Below are positions 54,233 through 64,000 of a DNA stretch of 64,000 nucleotides, piece by piece. The position numbers and the translations under genes were made by a program. Position 1 is the stretch's first letter; every line of letters begins with the position of its first letter. The notes under the pieces are model-generated. The model was not told the origin of the DNA and did no database searches. It saw nothing but the letters and a program-made list of their open reading frames with translations. This stretch comes from Candidatus Omnitrophota bacterium (GTDB lineage: Bacteria > Omnitrophota > Omnitrophia > Omnitrophales > Aquincolibacteriaceae): NCBI GenBank assembly GCA_016930235.1, contig JAFGHI010000010.1:250-64249 (forward strand), given 5' to 3'.

Positions 54233-54880
54233 TTAAAATCCCTGTTCGATCAGCTTGGAGAGCTTCAATTGGGTGCTTTTACGCGGCTTCAATTCGTCCG
54301 ATAAGATCTTGAGATACCTCGTAATGAGGTCAATTTCCAGATTCACAGGGTCCTTCACCTTTTTCCTGCCTAAGGTTGTCTCTTTCAAGGTATGAGGAAT
54401 AATCGCAATCTTGAACCGGTTACCTTGGACGCCCTGAATTGTCAAACTGATCCCGTCAACCGCGATGGACCCTTTATGGGCCAGTAATTTCGTGACTGCC
54501 TTGTCGGCTTGAAACCAAAAGATCCAGTTCTTCCCTCGTCGTTCAATCTTCGTAATGATCCCACGGCCATCGACATGTCCTGTCACAAAATGACCTCCGA
54601 GAGGATCTCCTGCTCGAAGCGATCTTTCGAGATTGAGGAAGCTGCCGATACGGAGTCCTCCTAATGTTGTTGCCGCCAAGGTTTCTTTAACAACATCCAC
54701 CTCGAAATATTTCGAAGTCGCTTTGACAGCCGTCAGACAAACACCTTCGCAAGCAATACTTTCACCGATCTCTAACCGCCTTTTCGCTTTCCTCTGAAAT
54801 CCGATCCGAAAACGGACAATGCCGCCCGTTTCGGTTTTCTTTAAGACCTTCCCTTGATTTTGGATAATACCTGTAAACAT
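54233..54880 (-). CDS. ribE: Riboflavin synthase (alpha)
   Basis: MFTGII, GVCLT, NLER, GGHFVTGHVD, GISLT. Confidence 0.96.
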   Translation of the reverse strand: MFTGIIQNQGKVLKKTETGGIVRFRIGFQRKAKRRLEIGESIACEGVCLTAVKATSKYFEVDVVKETLAATTLGGLRIGSFLNLERSLRAGDPLGGHFVTGHVDGRGIITKIERRGKNWIFWFQADKAVTKLLAHKGSIAVDGISLTIQGVQGNRFKIAIIPHTLKETTLGRKKVKDPVNLEIDLITRYLKILSDELKPRKSTQLKLSKLIEQGF

Positions 54881-54896
54881 GTAAAGCTCCTCTCTT

Positions 54897-56054
54897 CTAT
54901 CGAATATTCTTTAATGATGCCTTGATTTTTCCTACAAAATGCCAATCCTCACCTAGCTTTTCAACATGATCGATCTCGCATTCAATTCCATCATCCGGAA
55001 GTCTGAATCCTTCTCCCTCGACGGACGTTTTTGCACTGCGCCCTCCGATCAATTTTGGCGCGATAAGCCAGTGAATTTTATCGACATGTCCCCCTTCCAA
55101 AAGCGACCAGGCCAGTTCCCCGCCCCCTTCACAAAGCAACTTGGCAACCCCTAAAGACGCCAACTTCTTCAACAAATCATCGAGATCTAATTTCCCGTCT
55201 TTGTCATGGACAGGAAGAAGAACCTTTCCTTGCTTCGATTTTTCATGAGAACGTCTCTGCACCAATGTCTTCTCACTGACAGCGAGCAAGGTTAATTGCT
55301 CGCCCTTAAAAATATTCGCCTTTGGCGAAACCTCGAGATTCGGATCGATCACAACGCGCCAGGGTTTGCCTTCGATCTGATTCCTCACCTTGATCCGGGG
55401 ACTCAGGTTCGGATTGTCCTTAAGCAAGGTATTCTTCCCGATCAGGATTGCGTCTTGTTCAGCCCTGAGTTCGTGAACAAAACGCCTGGCCGGCACCGAA
55501 GTTATCCATCGTGAGGCCCCTGTCTTTGTCGCAATCTTCCCGTCCAAGGATTGGGCCATTTTGAGAACCACAAAAGGTTTCCGACTGCGGATAAATTTAA
55601 AAAACGACTCATTCTGTTTTTCGACCCGCCCCGCCAAAACACCTGTCTTGACTTTCACGCCGGCTTTTCTTAACGCCTTCACTCCTTTGCCGTGATGTTT
55701 GGGGTTCGGATCCAAGGCCCCGATCACTACCTTTTGGATACCGGCATTCAAAATAGCCGCAACGCACGGAGGCGTTTTCCCCCAGGTCGAACAGGGCTCT
55801 AACGTCACGCATAAAGTCGCCCCTTTGGCTTTTGAACCTGCACGTTTTAAGGCCGCGACTTCGGCATGATCACCGCCAAAAAACCGGTGATAGCCCTCTG
55901 CGACAATCCTGTTCTTTTTCACTACGCAAGCCCCAACCATCGGATTGGGGCTGACCGTCTTTCTCCCCTTTTCGGCAAGATGTAGAGCTCTTAGCATCCA
56001 CTTTTCGTCCGTTGAAAGATAGCCGGTTTCAGACAGGAGATGCATCCGATTCAT
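54897..56054 (-). CDS. ribD: Riboflavin deaminase/reductase (start uncertain)
   Basis: PNPMVG, HAE, TLEPC...PPC, SLDGKIA, EGGG. Confidence 0.95.
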   Translation of the reverse strand: MNRMHLLSETGYLSTDEKWMLRALHLAEKGRKTVSPNPMVGACVVKKNRIVAEGYHRFFGGDHAEVAALKRAGSKAKGATLCVTLEPCSTWGKTPPCVAAILNAGIQKVVIGALDPNPKHHGKGVKALRKAGVKVKTGVLAGRVEKQNESFFKFIRSRKPFVVLKMAQSLDGKIATKTGASRWITSVPARRFVHELRAEQDAILIGKNTLLKDNPNLSPRIKVRNQIEGKPWRVVIDPNLEVSPKANIFKGEQLTLLAVSEKTLVQRRSHEKSKQGKVLLPVHDKDGKLDLDDLLKKLASLGVAKLLCEGGGELAWSLLEGGHVDKIHWLIAPKLIGGRSAKTSVEGEGFRLPDDGIECEIDHVEKLGEDWHFVGKIKASLKNIR

Positions 56055-56481
56055 TTGTTGAAACCTGATAGCGGGGTTTTTCAGAATGGTTGATCTTATC
56101 GAGGATGCCGTTGACAAATTTCCCGGAATCTTCCTGGGAAAATTTCTTGGCCATATTCACCGCTTCGTTGATGGAAACTTTCTGAGGAACATCTTCCAAA
56201 TAAAGGAGTTCATAAGTCGCAGCACGCATGATGTTTTTATCAACCACCGCCATTCTCCCAAGTTCCCAATTCTCGGCCGCGTTCGAGATGACCTTGTCAA
56301 TCTCCTGCTGATTCTGGAGGGTGCCTTTCACTAAAACTTCTGCAAATTCCTGAACTTCCTTGGCAGGCTGACCCTGATGGCTCCAGAAATTTTCTATGAT
56401 CTCGGAGAGCTTCCCAGGATTCATTTCAACCTGATACAGAATCTGAAGCGCATATTCGCGCGCAAGCGTCCGTTTTCTCAT
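56029..56481 (-). CDS. nusB: Transcription antitermination factor
   Basis: AREYALQILYQ, INEAV, FVNGILD. Confidence 0.96.
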   Translation of the reverse strand: MRKRTLAREYALQILYQVEMNPGKLSEIIENFWSHQGQPAKEVQEFAEVLVKGTLQNQQEIDKVISNAAENWELGRMAVVDKNIMRAATYELLYLEDVPQKVSINEAVNMAKKFSQEDSGKFVNGILDKINHSEKPRYQVSTNESDASPV

Positions 56482-56987
56482 CTTTTGTTTTTCACCCGGC
56501 GTTGCCGGCCCTTCACACGCGTGTTCTGATCCATCTGCCGGTTTAAATCAGCAATCTCAATGGCTGCCAAGGCCGCATGAGCCCCTTTGTTCCCGGCCTT
56601 AAGTCCCGCCCGGTCGATGGCCTGCTCAAGCGTGTCTGCGGTAATCACAGCCGTTGCAATCGGTATACCGGTTTCCAACGCCACCTGCGATATCCCGCGT
56701 GTGACTTCGTTGCATACACATTCATAATGATAAGTCCCGCCTCTTAAAACACAACCCAATGCAATGATGCCGTCCAATTTCCTAGCCGCCAGCTTCTTAC
56801 AAAAGTACGGAATTTCTAAAGCCCCCGGCACCCAAGCAACTTCAATATCTTTTTGAGAAACCCCGGCCTGTTCTAAAACCTCCACGGCACTTTCAAGCAA
56901 GCGCTTTGTAATGAATTCATTAAACCTGGCAACGACAATAGCAAAACGCTTTCCGTCTCCTTTTAAGTTCCCGCGGCGTATGATCAT
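56478..56987 (-). CDS. ribH: Lumazine synthase (start re-assigned)
   Basis: ARFN, VPGALEIP, GCVLRGGTYH, GNKG. Confidence 0.96.
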   Translation of the reverse strand: MIIRRGNLKGDGKRFAIVVARFNEFITKRLLESAVEVLEQAGVSQKDIEVAWVPGALEIPYFCKKLAARKLDGIIALGCVLRGGTYHYECVCNEVTRGISQVALETGIPIATAVITADTLEQAIDRAGLKAGNKGAHAALAAIEIADLNRQMDQNTRVKGRQRRVKNKR

Positions 56988-56988
56988 C

Positions 56989-58200
56989 TCAAAGATTAAG
57001 CAGGTGTCCCAGCTTCTCCTTTTTTGCTTTGAGGTATTTGGCATTGTGGGCATACCGGGGTGTTTCAATCGCCACCCGCTCCACAACCTTCAATCCATGT
57101 CCTTCCAAACCAACGATTTTCCGGGGGTTATTGGTAATCAAACGCAGTTTTGTCAAACCAAGGTCTCTTAAGATTTGTGCCCCGATACCATATTTCCGTA
57201 AATCCGGTTTGAATCCCAAATGTTCATTAGCTTCTACAGTATCCATTCCCTTATCCTGCAAAGCATAGGCCTTGAGTTTATTCGCAAGCCCAATCCCACG
57301 GCCTTCCTGACGCATATAGAGAATGATCCCGGACCCTTCTTCTTCAATCTTCTCCATCGAAGCAATCAGCTGATCCTGGCAATCACAGCGAAGAGAACCC
57401 AAGATATCGCCCGTAAAGCATTCCGAATGAACCCGAACAAGTGTCGCACCTCCAGAGGGAACCTCCCCCTTAATCAAAGCAACATGCTCTGTCCCATCGA
57501 CAAGGGACCGGTACAGCTTGATTTTCCATTCCCCGAAAACGGTGGGTAGGTGGGATTCACTGATCATCGCAACGACTTGGTCGAATTGACGGCGGTACTT
57601 AATGAGATCGCGAATGGTTCCGATCTTCAATTGATGTTCCTTCGCAAAACGGATAATTTCAGGAAGCCTGGCCATCGTCCCGTCATCATTGACGATTTCA
57701 CAAATGACACCGACGGGTTCTAATCCCGCAAGGCGTGCTAAATCACAAGCCGCTTCGGTGTGTCCGGCCCGGGCTAAGACGCCGCCTTTTTTTGCTTTGA
57801 GAGGAAAAATATGCCCTGGAGCCACCAAATCGGAGGCCCCTGCCTTGGGATCCGCCAAAACTTCAATGGTCCTGGCCCGATCATAAGCCGAAATCCCTGT
57901 GGTGGTCCCGAGTCTTGCATCCACAGAAATCGTAAAGGCCGTTCCCATCGGGTCCCGTGAAGGAAGAATCATTTCCTTAAGTCCAAGGGCTTCGCTTCTT
58001 TCTTCGGTTAAGGGAGCGCAAATCAATCCGCGTCCGTATTTCATCATGAAATTAATCTTCTCCGGCGTAACCATGGAAGCCGCCAGAATAAGATCGCCCT
58101 CATTTTCCCGAGCTTCATCATCGGTCATAATCACAAGACGACCCTGACCGATTTCCTTGATAATTTCTTCAATAGAACTTACGACTGTCTTCTGATCCAT
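56989..58200 (-). CDS. ribBA: DHBP synthase/GTP cyclohydrolase II (start re-assigned)
   Basis: RENEGD, GHTEA, RVHSEC, RCDC, QEGRGIG, TNNP; GGAG RBS before ATG 58200. Confidence 0.97.
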   Translation of the reverse strand: MDQKTVVSSIEEIIKEIGQGRLVIMTDDEARENEGDLILAASMVTPEKINFMMKYGRGLICAPLTEERSEALGLKEMILPSRDPMGTAFTISVDARLGTTTGISAYDRARTIEVLADPKAGASDLVAPGHIFPLKAKKGGVLARAGHTEAACDLARLAGLEPVGVICEIVNDDGTMARLPEIIRFAKEHQLKIGTIRDLIKYRRQFDQVVAMISESHLPTVFGEWKIKLYRSLVDGTEHVALIKGEVPSGGATLVRVHSECFTGDILGSLRCDCQDQLIASMEKIEEEGSGIILYMRQEGRGIGLANKLKAYALQDKGMDTVEANEHLGFKPDLRKYGIGAQILRDLGLTKLRLITNNPRKIVGLEGHGLKVVERVAIETPRYAHNAKYLKAKKEKLGHLLNL

Positions 58201-58209
58201 AACCGCTCC

Positions 58210-58250
58210 TAAAAATAAAAATCCCGAAAATAGAAAATCTATCTTCGGGT
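58210..58250 (-). terminator. Terminator of the FMN riboswitch expression platform
   Basis: CCCGAAGATAG/CTATTTTCGGG stem followed by ATTTTTATTTTT. Confidence 0.75.
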
Positions 58251-58272
58251 TGATGGATACACGACGCAAATT

Positions 58273-58426
58273 GTCTTCTTCTCCCGTCCGGACTTTACCG
58301 TCGGCACCTGAATTCCACAGGTTCAGTTTTCCTGAATACTCTCAAGAAAAGTCGCGGGCTTTCACCGCCGGTCTGGATTTGTGCTTTCCTAAATCCTTTA
58401 CGCACTCACCATGCCCCGAAGATTGG
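58273..58426 (-). promoter_or_regulatory. FMN riboswitch
   Basis: ATCTTCGGGGC...ACCGGCGGT...AGCCCGCGA...GCCGACGGTAAAGTCCGGACGGGAGAAG upstream of ribBA. Confidence 0.93.
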
Positions 58427-58430
58427 CCGT

Positions 58431-58459
58431 ATGATATCAGGAACCCTTTTTATTGTCAA
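58431..58459 (-). promoter_or_regulatory. Sigma70 promoter of the rib operon
   Basis: TTGACA-17 nt-TATCAT just 5' of the aptamer. Confidence 0.75.
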
Positions 58460-58593
58460 ACTTTTAAAGGGATTTAATATATCGTATCTTGTTTATATAT
58501 AGTTAGTTACGACATATTTCGTGTCCTGTTTTTTTGACTGTTTTTATTTACGTGTTACTATTTAATTAAGGGCACCTTCGGGTGCTCTTAAGG

Positions 58594-58686
58594 GATTCTG
58601 ATAAAGGCAAACCCGGAGCAATCCGGGGACGCAAAGCCACAGATCCCGTAGAAGCTCAAGTTTATACGGGATGGCTGGGTTACCAA
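58594..58686 (+). promoter_or_regulatory. c-di-GMP-I riboswitch, copy 1
   Basis: AAGGCAAACCCGGA-GCAA-TCCGGGGACGCAAAGCC...TGGCTGGGTTACC. Confidence 0.9.
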
Positions 58687-58717
58687 GTCCTCGCGGATCT
58701 TTTACAGATCGGTAGCG

Positions 58718-58869
58718 ATTCTGAAAAAGGCAAACCCGGAGTAATCCGGGGACGTCCCGTCAAACTGCTCGCGCAGCTTGAGGGACTGCGTCATCCCTTC
58801 GGGGATGATCGTAGCAAAGCCACAGACCCCGTAAAAACTCAAGTTTATGCGGGGTGGCTGGGTTACCAA
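58718..58869 (+). promoter_or_regulatory. c-di-GMP-I riboswitch, copy 2, with a 60-nt insertion
   Basis: Near-identical to copy 1 except for the insert between GGGAC and GCAAAGCC. Confidence 0.8.
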
Positions 58870-58925
58870 ATCCGCCAGAATTTGGCCGAATCAGAACCTC
58901 AGTCTTGTTGAGGGGAGGATTCGGC

Positions 58926-59501
58926 GTGTCAAAGAAAGTCGCGGCTAAATGGGTACGCGCATTGAGCCTGGTCATAGTCTTCACACTTTTTTTGTCCAGT
59001 AAAGCAACTGCCCAAATGACGGGCCGGGCCCTCTCCTTCCAAGATCTAGCCAGTCAACTCCATTCTCCGGAAGAAATTGCACATTTTATGTGGAAACATT
59101 TCGTCTTCGAAAAAGACCAGCGGCTTTTCGGCGAGGAAGAATACTGGCAATCTCCCGAGGAATTTTTTGAAAACCGGAAAGGCGATTGCGAGGATTTTGC
59201 TCTCTTTGCTCAGGCTATCCTTAAAACCAAGGGAGTCACCTCATTTCTGATGAATATTTACGGTTCACAATTTGCTCATACGGTTCTTGTCTTTAAAGAG
59301 GACGGTAAATACAACGTTGTTGACGGAACAAAGGTCAAAAGATACGAAGCCGAAGGTTTAAGGGAACTCGCCGACAAGATCCATCCGAAGTGGGATAAGA
59401 GTGCTATCGTCAAACCGGCCAAGGAATCGAAACACGGACAGATTCTCGCGCAATTCGCGAAGGAAGCCAAGATCAAACGCTCGATGCGTTCTAGCGCCTA
59501 G
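58926..59501 (+). CDS. Exported transglutaminase-like cysteine protease (BTLCP/LapG-like)
   Basis: GTG start after GGAGG; signal peptide; YWQSP.E...GDCEDFA, AHTVL, VVDG (Cys-His-Asp). Confidence 0.85.
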   Translation: MSKKVAAKWVRALSLVIVFTLFLSSKATAQMTGRALSFQDLASQLHSPEEIAHFMWKHFVFEKDQRLFGEEEYWQSPEEFFENRKGDCEDFALFAQAILKTKGVTSFLMNIYGSQFAHTVLVFKEDGKYNVVDGTKVKRYEAEGLRELADKIHPKWDKSAIVKPAKESKHGQILAQFAKEAKIKRSMRSSA

Positions 59502-60939
59502 GTTGTTTACGCCTCTCGACTAAAGCAGGACCTTTTTCAAGCAACCTTTTTGCGATGACCATACAGGTCTTTACAATAATTGCTAAATCTAAATTGAAGC
59601 TGAGGTGTTCGAGATAATACAGGTCATAGTCCATGTTCTCATGGATGAGGAGCCTTTTCCTGTCATCGCTGATCTGCCATAAACCCGTCATCCCGGGCTT
59701 GACCGTTAATCTTTCCCGTTCAAGCGGGCCGTATTTTTCTACCAGAAAAGGCATCTCAGGACGCGGACCGACGAGACTCATGTCCCCTTGGATCACATTA
59801 ACAAGCTGCGGCAGTTCATCCAGTCCTGATTTTCTCAAAAGACCGGCAAAGGGATTGATGATCTTTGATTTCTTCGAAAGCTCTGGGGAAATTTCATGCT
59901 CTTTGGTCCCCGATTTGAGCGTTCTGAATTTGAACATTGTAAATTTCCTGTGATCCTGCCCTATCCGGACTTGCCTGAAAATGGGCGACTGTTTTGAATC
60001 GATCCGCAAAGAAACCCAAATGGCAAGAAGGATTGGAGATAACAGAAAAAGCAAGGTCGAAGCGATTAAAATATCCAGGACCCTTTTGGTGACCATATAG
60101 GAGCTGCGGACAAAACCTTTGCGGAAACTCACAAGCGGTATGCCTCCGATATTTTGAAGTTCTGCCCGTTCAATATGAAACTGATAGAGCGACGGGATAC
60201 TCCAGCACTCAATCTCAAGTTCACGACAAAGCTGGTAAACCTCAATAATTTCATGTTCTTTTAATCCCCGGTGGGCGATGAAAAGAATGGAAGCTTCACG
60301 CTTTTTTTTGAGCTTCTTCAGCTCTTTCAAGTCTCCGAATACCGGAAGATTATCCGGTTTCTTGACCAATTTGGAAATATCGTCATCGAGAAAGCCCAAA
60401 ACACGAATGCCCAGCTTGGGAGATTGATGGATCCACCGTTCTAATCTCTGGCCGTGATACCCCGCTCCATAAATCAATGCATGCCGGTTGGCAATCCCCT
60501 GACGATTGAACCAGGCAAAAAGATGCCGCATTGCAAAACGTTCAATGCTGATCACCCATAATGAAACAAACATCGAATAAAAGGTCGCCAATCGCGAAAA
60601 CTCGCTTTCACGATAAAAGAAAGAAACCGCAAAAACAAAAAAGTAAATCGACCAAATCCCCTTAAAGATCAGACTTTGTTCTTCGACACCGATAACACCC
60701 ATTTCCGGTTTATAGAGCCCGATCGCTTGAAAGACAATGAGGGCAACCACGGGAAGGGCCCAAACAATCGGCAGGAAATCCGAGAAATACTGCCAATTCC
60801 CATGCCACGGGAAAGTAATCCAAAACCAATAACCGATCACAAGGGAAGCCTGAAAACAGACAAAATCTGCAGCCATCATCAGCAACGTCAGCCCATAAAA
60901 GGTTTTTCCCTCAAAAGCTTTCATTTTACCTTCTTCCAA
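59491..60939 (-). CDS. Polyprenyl-phosphate sugar phosphotransferase (WcaJ/WbaP-like)
   Basis: KRVLDI, FKFRT, LDELPQL, GDMSLVGPRP, KPGMTG. Confidence 0.93.
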   Translation of the reverse strand: MEEGKMKAFEGKTFYGLTLLMMAADFVCFQASLVIGYWFWITFPWHGNWQYFSDFLPIVWALPVVALIVFQAIGLYKPEMGVIGVEEQSLIFKGIWSIYFFVFAVSFFYRESEFSRLATFYSMFVSLWVISIERFAMRHLFAWFNRQGIANRHALIYGAGYHGQRLERWIHQSPKLGIRVLGFLDDDISKLVKKPDNLPVFGDLKELKKLKKKREASILFIAHRGLKEHEIIEVYQLCRELEIECWSIPSLYQFHIERAELQNIGGIPLVSFRKGFVRSSYMVTKRVLDILIASTLLFLLSPILLAIWVSLRIDSKQSPIFRQVRIGQDHRKFTMFKFRTLKSGTKEHEISPELSKKSKIINPFAGLLRKSGLDELPQLVNVIQGDMSLVGPRPEMPFLVEKYGPLERERLTVKPGMTGLWQISDDRKRLLIHENMDYDLYYLEHLSFNLDLAIIVKTCMVIAKRLLEKGPALVERRKQPRR

Positions 60940-61684
60940 TTTTCTCTAAGAATACTTGATAAAAAAAATAGGGATTGCCAAAAACATACCGCTGAAACAA
61001 CCGAACCGGGTCCTGCAAGAGCCGGTAGAGCCACTCCATCTGCATTCGGATCATCCACTCCGGTGCCCTCTTAAGGACACCTGAAGTATAATCAAAAACA
61101 GCGCCCCCCGTCAAAAATATCCGCGCATCCAACTTCTCCCAATATTGATTTAACCATTCTTCTTGAAGAGGCATCCCGAAACCCAGGATCAGGATATCCG
61201 GCTTAAGCCGATTGATCTCCTCAATCACGGCCTCATTTTCTTTCCCTTCCTTCTCAAAATATCCGTCCCGGTATCCCCTGACCTGCAAGTTGGGGATCTT
61301 CTCACGTAAGGCATCCCGGGCCTTTTCAGCAATCCCCGGTTTACCGCCAAGAAAATAGAAACTGTAATTCTTGCCAGCGCACCAATCGGCCAGTTCCCAA
61401 ATCCACCGGGCATAAGTCACCTTGGGCGGCGGCCCATAGCCTTTCCATTTGAGGGCCCAGCGGACACCATCACCATCACAAAAAACCAGCGGTGCCTTCC
61501 TGAACAAATCAGACATCCATGAACGTTGGATCGCCAGATTCATGGCATTCACATTGACATTCAGCACCAAGGCTTTTTCCTGATGATCAATCACTTGGCT
61601 GATATAATTGTGAATCTCCGCCGTCCCGACCTTATGAACCGGGACCCCTAAAATCTCTTGTTTTTCATACGAGTGGGATATCAT
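60926..61684 (-). CDS. WecB/TagA/CpsF glycosyltransferase
   Basis: DGDG, YFLGG, GMPLQE.W, GAVFD, RAP.W, EWLYR. Confidence 0.93.
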   Translation of the reverse strand: MISHSYEKQEILGVPVHKVGTAEIHNYISQVIDHQEKALVLNVNVNAMNLAIQRSWMSDLFRKAPLVFCDGDGVRWALKWKGYGPPPKVTYARWIWELADWCAGKNYSFYFLGGKPGIAEKARDALREKIPNLQVRGYRDGYFEKEGKENEAVIEEINRLKPDILILGFGMPLQEEWLNQYWEKLDARIFLTGGAVFDYTSGVLKRAPEWMIRMQMEWLYRLLQDPVRLFQRYVFGNPYFFYQVFLEKIGRR

Positions 61685-61748
61685 GATGCCTGTCCTCGTT
61701 AAATCCTTCTTTTATCTATCGACGTATTGGCTTTAAAGTTATAGCCTT

Positions 61749-62414
61749 TCATGATTGAAAACCATCATAGGCAACAAAAGATTTGACCAAGCCCATGAAT
61801 CTTTCTTCCTTAATGAACGCTCCAGGAAAAAGGGCTTGGATATCCTTTTTACGAAGAAGATGGATGGAATCAATAAGGGCTTCCGCCTTCTTACGGTCCG
61901 TCTCTTTTTTCTGCCATCCGAGGGCAAAACCCTGAACCAATTTTATCCTGCAAATCCTGGGAAGGAATTGGAAGAACGGAAACAAGAAATGCGGTTCGAT
62001 GGGAAAATACCGATTGGGCGTTTGAATATAAAAGCGTTTCCCCACACGCCTGATTTCACGGGCCATCGCGGTTTGATGTTCGATCGACCCCACATGCTCA
62101 AGGACCGAATTAGAAAAAACAATGTCAAATTTCTTATCCTGATATTCGGGCATCGAACGCCCATCCCCCCGACAGGCAACCAAGTTCGAAGCGTCCGTCC
62201 GCACGTCTTCAGGATTCAACAGGGTTATCTGAAAATCCGGATTGTCGAGAAGGCCAAAACTTCGCCAAAAAGTCTCCGTACCTCCGACATCTAAAACCCT
62301 AAGGGGTTTAGGCAACGGTTCAATCAGCTTAAGAAATTCCGCCATTCGTCTTTCTCGAAATTTGAATGAGATCGACTTATGACTGCGATAATCCGCCCAC
62401 GAAGGAAGTGTCAT
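61749..62414 (-). CDS. Class I SAM-dependent methyltransferase
   Basis: VLDVGG, FDIVFSNSVLEHV, QTPNRYFPIEPH. Confidence 0.9.
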   Translation of the reverse strand: MTLPSWADYRSHKSISFKFRERRMAEFLKLIEPLPKPLRVLDVGGTETFWRSFGLLDNPDFQITLLNPEDVRTDASNLVACRGDGRSMPEYQDKKFDIVFSNSVLEHVGSIEHQTAMAREIRRVGKRFYIQTPNRYFPIEPHFLFPFFQFLPRICRIKLVQGFALGWQKKETDRKKAEALIDSIHLLRKKDIQALFPGAFIKEERFMGLVKSFVAYDGFQS

Positions 62415-63723
62415 CTCTTTTTCTTTCCTGTTGCCAGGAAACCCATCTCCTCATCACATTCAGATGAAATGCCTCAAAAAGTCCAACCCACGAAAAGTAA
62501 AGGAAGGCCAAAAGTTGCGGCGCATCCAAATCATCGGTCGCCATCCAAATCGTCATGGCAAACAAGATTGCCCCCAAGCCCCTCCAAAAAAGAAACAAGT
62601 TTCGCTGAGTCACCACATAGTTCTTTAAACCGTACCATCTAACCATTAAGACTGCCTGAAGGATAAGAAATAAGATAAACCCCGCTAGACCTGTCTTATA
62701 AAGAAGCGATAAATAGGTCGAATGGGATCCGATAGGGATAGAAAAAGCAGAGGCATCCCTTTCCTTTAAACCAAACCCGAAAATCCAATCGACCCCCTCG
62801 AATTGTTCAAGGCTGTATTCATATAAAGCCAAACGGTTCGTGGTACTTCCCTCCCGCGCACTTAAAAGCCATGCCAAAGCACCCTCAATCCAAGGCATCG
62901 CCAAAAACAACAGCCCCAGAAAGAGCAGCATCCACAAAATAAAATATCGCCTCTGTAAAAATAACATCATAATGACGCTTGCCATGAAAGCAACGAGACA
63001 AGTTCTGGAAAGACACATAACCAATCCTGCAAAGTTAACGATAAAAAGAAAGAGAAAAACGGGATGACCTAACTTTCTTTCAACCGCCGCCCATGTCATC
63101 AGCGAGAGCAGGATAATCACCATGACACCTCCGGTCGCCGTGGAATACGGTGTCAACGCCATAAAACGGGGCCGTAACCCTTCAGCAAACCAATCCCAAT
63201 GAAGCGGTTTCATGACTAACGAATTCAAGACCAAGGTTTCCTTTCCTAGATAATCTGTCAGTCCATAAAGGGGCGTTTTGATAGCAATTTCCTGATGGAC
63301 GAAGAACGCCGCAAAAGCCGTTGCCAGGACTAAAAAAGACATCAACCACGCGAACCGGTAAAACACCGAAAGCAGCGACCGGATATCCTTTAATTCAAAA
63401 GCATTGGTCAAGACCACCACGAGCATCAAACCCACTCCCCAAAAACTGAGATTATATAGGGAAGCGACAACACGTTTGCCTTCCGCCGTGGGAGCGTGGA
63501 TCAGGATGGAAAAGGCATAGATCAAGAAAAGGCCCAGGAGCAGAAAGAAGGAAGGCATCAAAACAACCCCCTGGTCTTCTGTGTTTGAAACAAAGATTAG
63601 CCGGATGAAAAGATAAAGGGTAACGGCATGAAAGATAAAAAGGTTCAAACCGAGCGCCCACCAGCAAACAGCACCCACCACAGTCCACTTCCAGACACGA
63701 AAAAAATGGTTGGCTTCTGTCAT
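62377..63723 (-). CDS. O-antigen ligase/polymerase family membrane protein
   Basis: Multiple TM segments; SR, S...R, GFG and HSTY...G..G motifs. Confidence 0.8.
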   Translation of the reverse strand: MTEANHFFRVWKWTVVGAVCWWALGLNLFIFHAVTLYLFIRLIFVSNTEDQGVVLMPSFFLLLGLFLIYAFSILIHAPTAEGKRVVASLYNLSFWGVGLMLVVVLTNAFELKDIRSLLSVFYRFAWLMSFLVLATAFAAFFVHQEIAIKTPLYGLTDYLGKETLVLNSLVMKPLHWDWFAEGLRPRFMALTPYSTATGGVMVIILLSLMTWAAVERKLGHPVFLFLFIVNFAGLVMCLSRTCLVAFMASVIMMLFLQRRYFILWMLLFLGLLFLAMPWIEGALAWLLSAREGSTTNRLALYEYSLEQFEGVDWIFGFGLKERDASAFSIPIGSHSTYLSLLYKTGLAGFILFLILQAVLMVRWYGLKNYVVTQRNLFLFWRGLGAILFAMTIWMATDDLDAPQLLAFLYFSWVGLFEAFHLNVMRRWVSWQQERKRDDTSFVGGLSQS

Positions 63724-64000
63724 GGTTTAAGCCGGATCACTTCTTCATAAAGCATCTGATACCGTTTTAACATTTCCTGAAAAGAATATTTTTTCTCGTA
63801 ATGGCGAAACGCGCTCTCACCCATTTCCAGGATCTTTTGCTCGTCTTGCAACAATCGGACAAGTCCTTTCCGAAGAGCACCGCTATTTTTGGAAGGTGCG
63901 AGAAGTCCCGTTTCATTCTCAAGAATCATGTCCCGGCTCCCGGGAATGTCGGTAGCCAAAACACATTTATGCGCGGCATAGGCTTCCAGGATTGAAAGCG
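63720..64000 (-). CDS. GT4 glycosyltransferase, 3' part
   Basis: LEAYAA...LATDIPG...ENETG; gene start lies beyond the window. Confidence 0.85.
   Translation of the reverse strand, partial: LSILEAYAAHKCVLATDIPGSRDMILENETGLLAPSKNSGALRKGLVRLLQDEQKILEMGESAFRHYEKKYSFQEMLKRYQMLYEEVIRLKP

Noticed and set aside
58582-58911. 109-aa ORF with an internal repeat
   Set aside because: It is the translation of the duplicated riboswitch RNA

Overview
Bacterial chromosomal segment, almost entirely minus-strand coded. The 14 kb gene, TIGR04073-like protein and gene order suggest a PVC-superphylum organism, possibly Omnitrophota (inference). Housekeeping content: purB-C-S-Q-L-F-M-D operon behind tRNA-Glu, xerD, ligA, tRNA-Pro, divergent gshA/gshB, a short mraZ-STAS-rsmH-ftsL-ftsI cluster, rplU-rpmA-obg-proB-proA-nadD, trxB, an FMN-riboswitch-led rib operon and the end of a polysaccharide locus. 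The main finding is a 4663-aa protein (39968-53959) punctuated by 10 exact RSELR pentapeptides plus RSEFR and RAELR, each with different codons. The motifs fall at boundaries between unrelated modules: an N-terminal signal plus TIKI/TraB-like metallohydrolase-like domain, two paralogous membrane-anchored lysozyme-like modules, and a degenerate PTS Enzyme I-like module. This suggests a site-specifically processed polyprotein or effector cassette. Nearby is a LapG-like cysteine protease behind tandem c-di-GMP-I riboswitches. Three of the four riboswitch aptamers carry hairpin insertions. All family assignments are motif recognition by eye; no database search was run.
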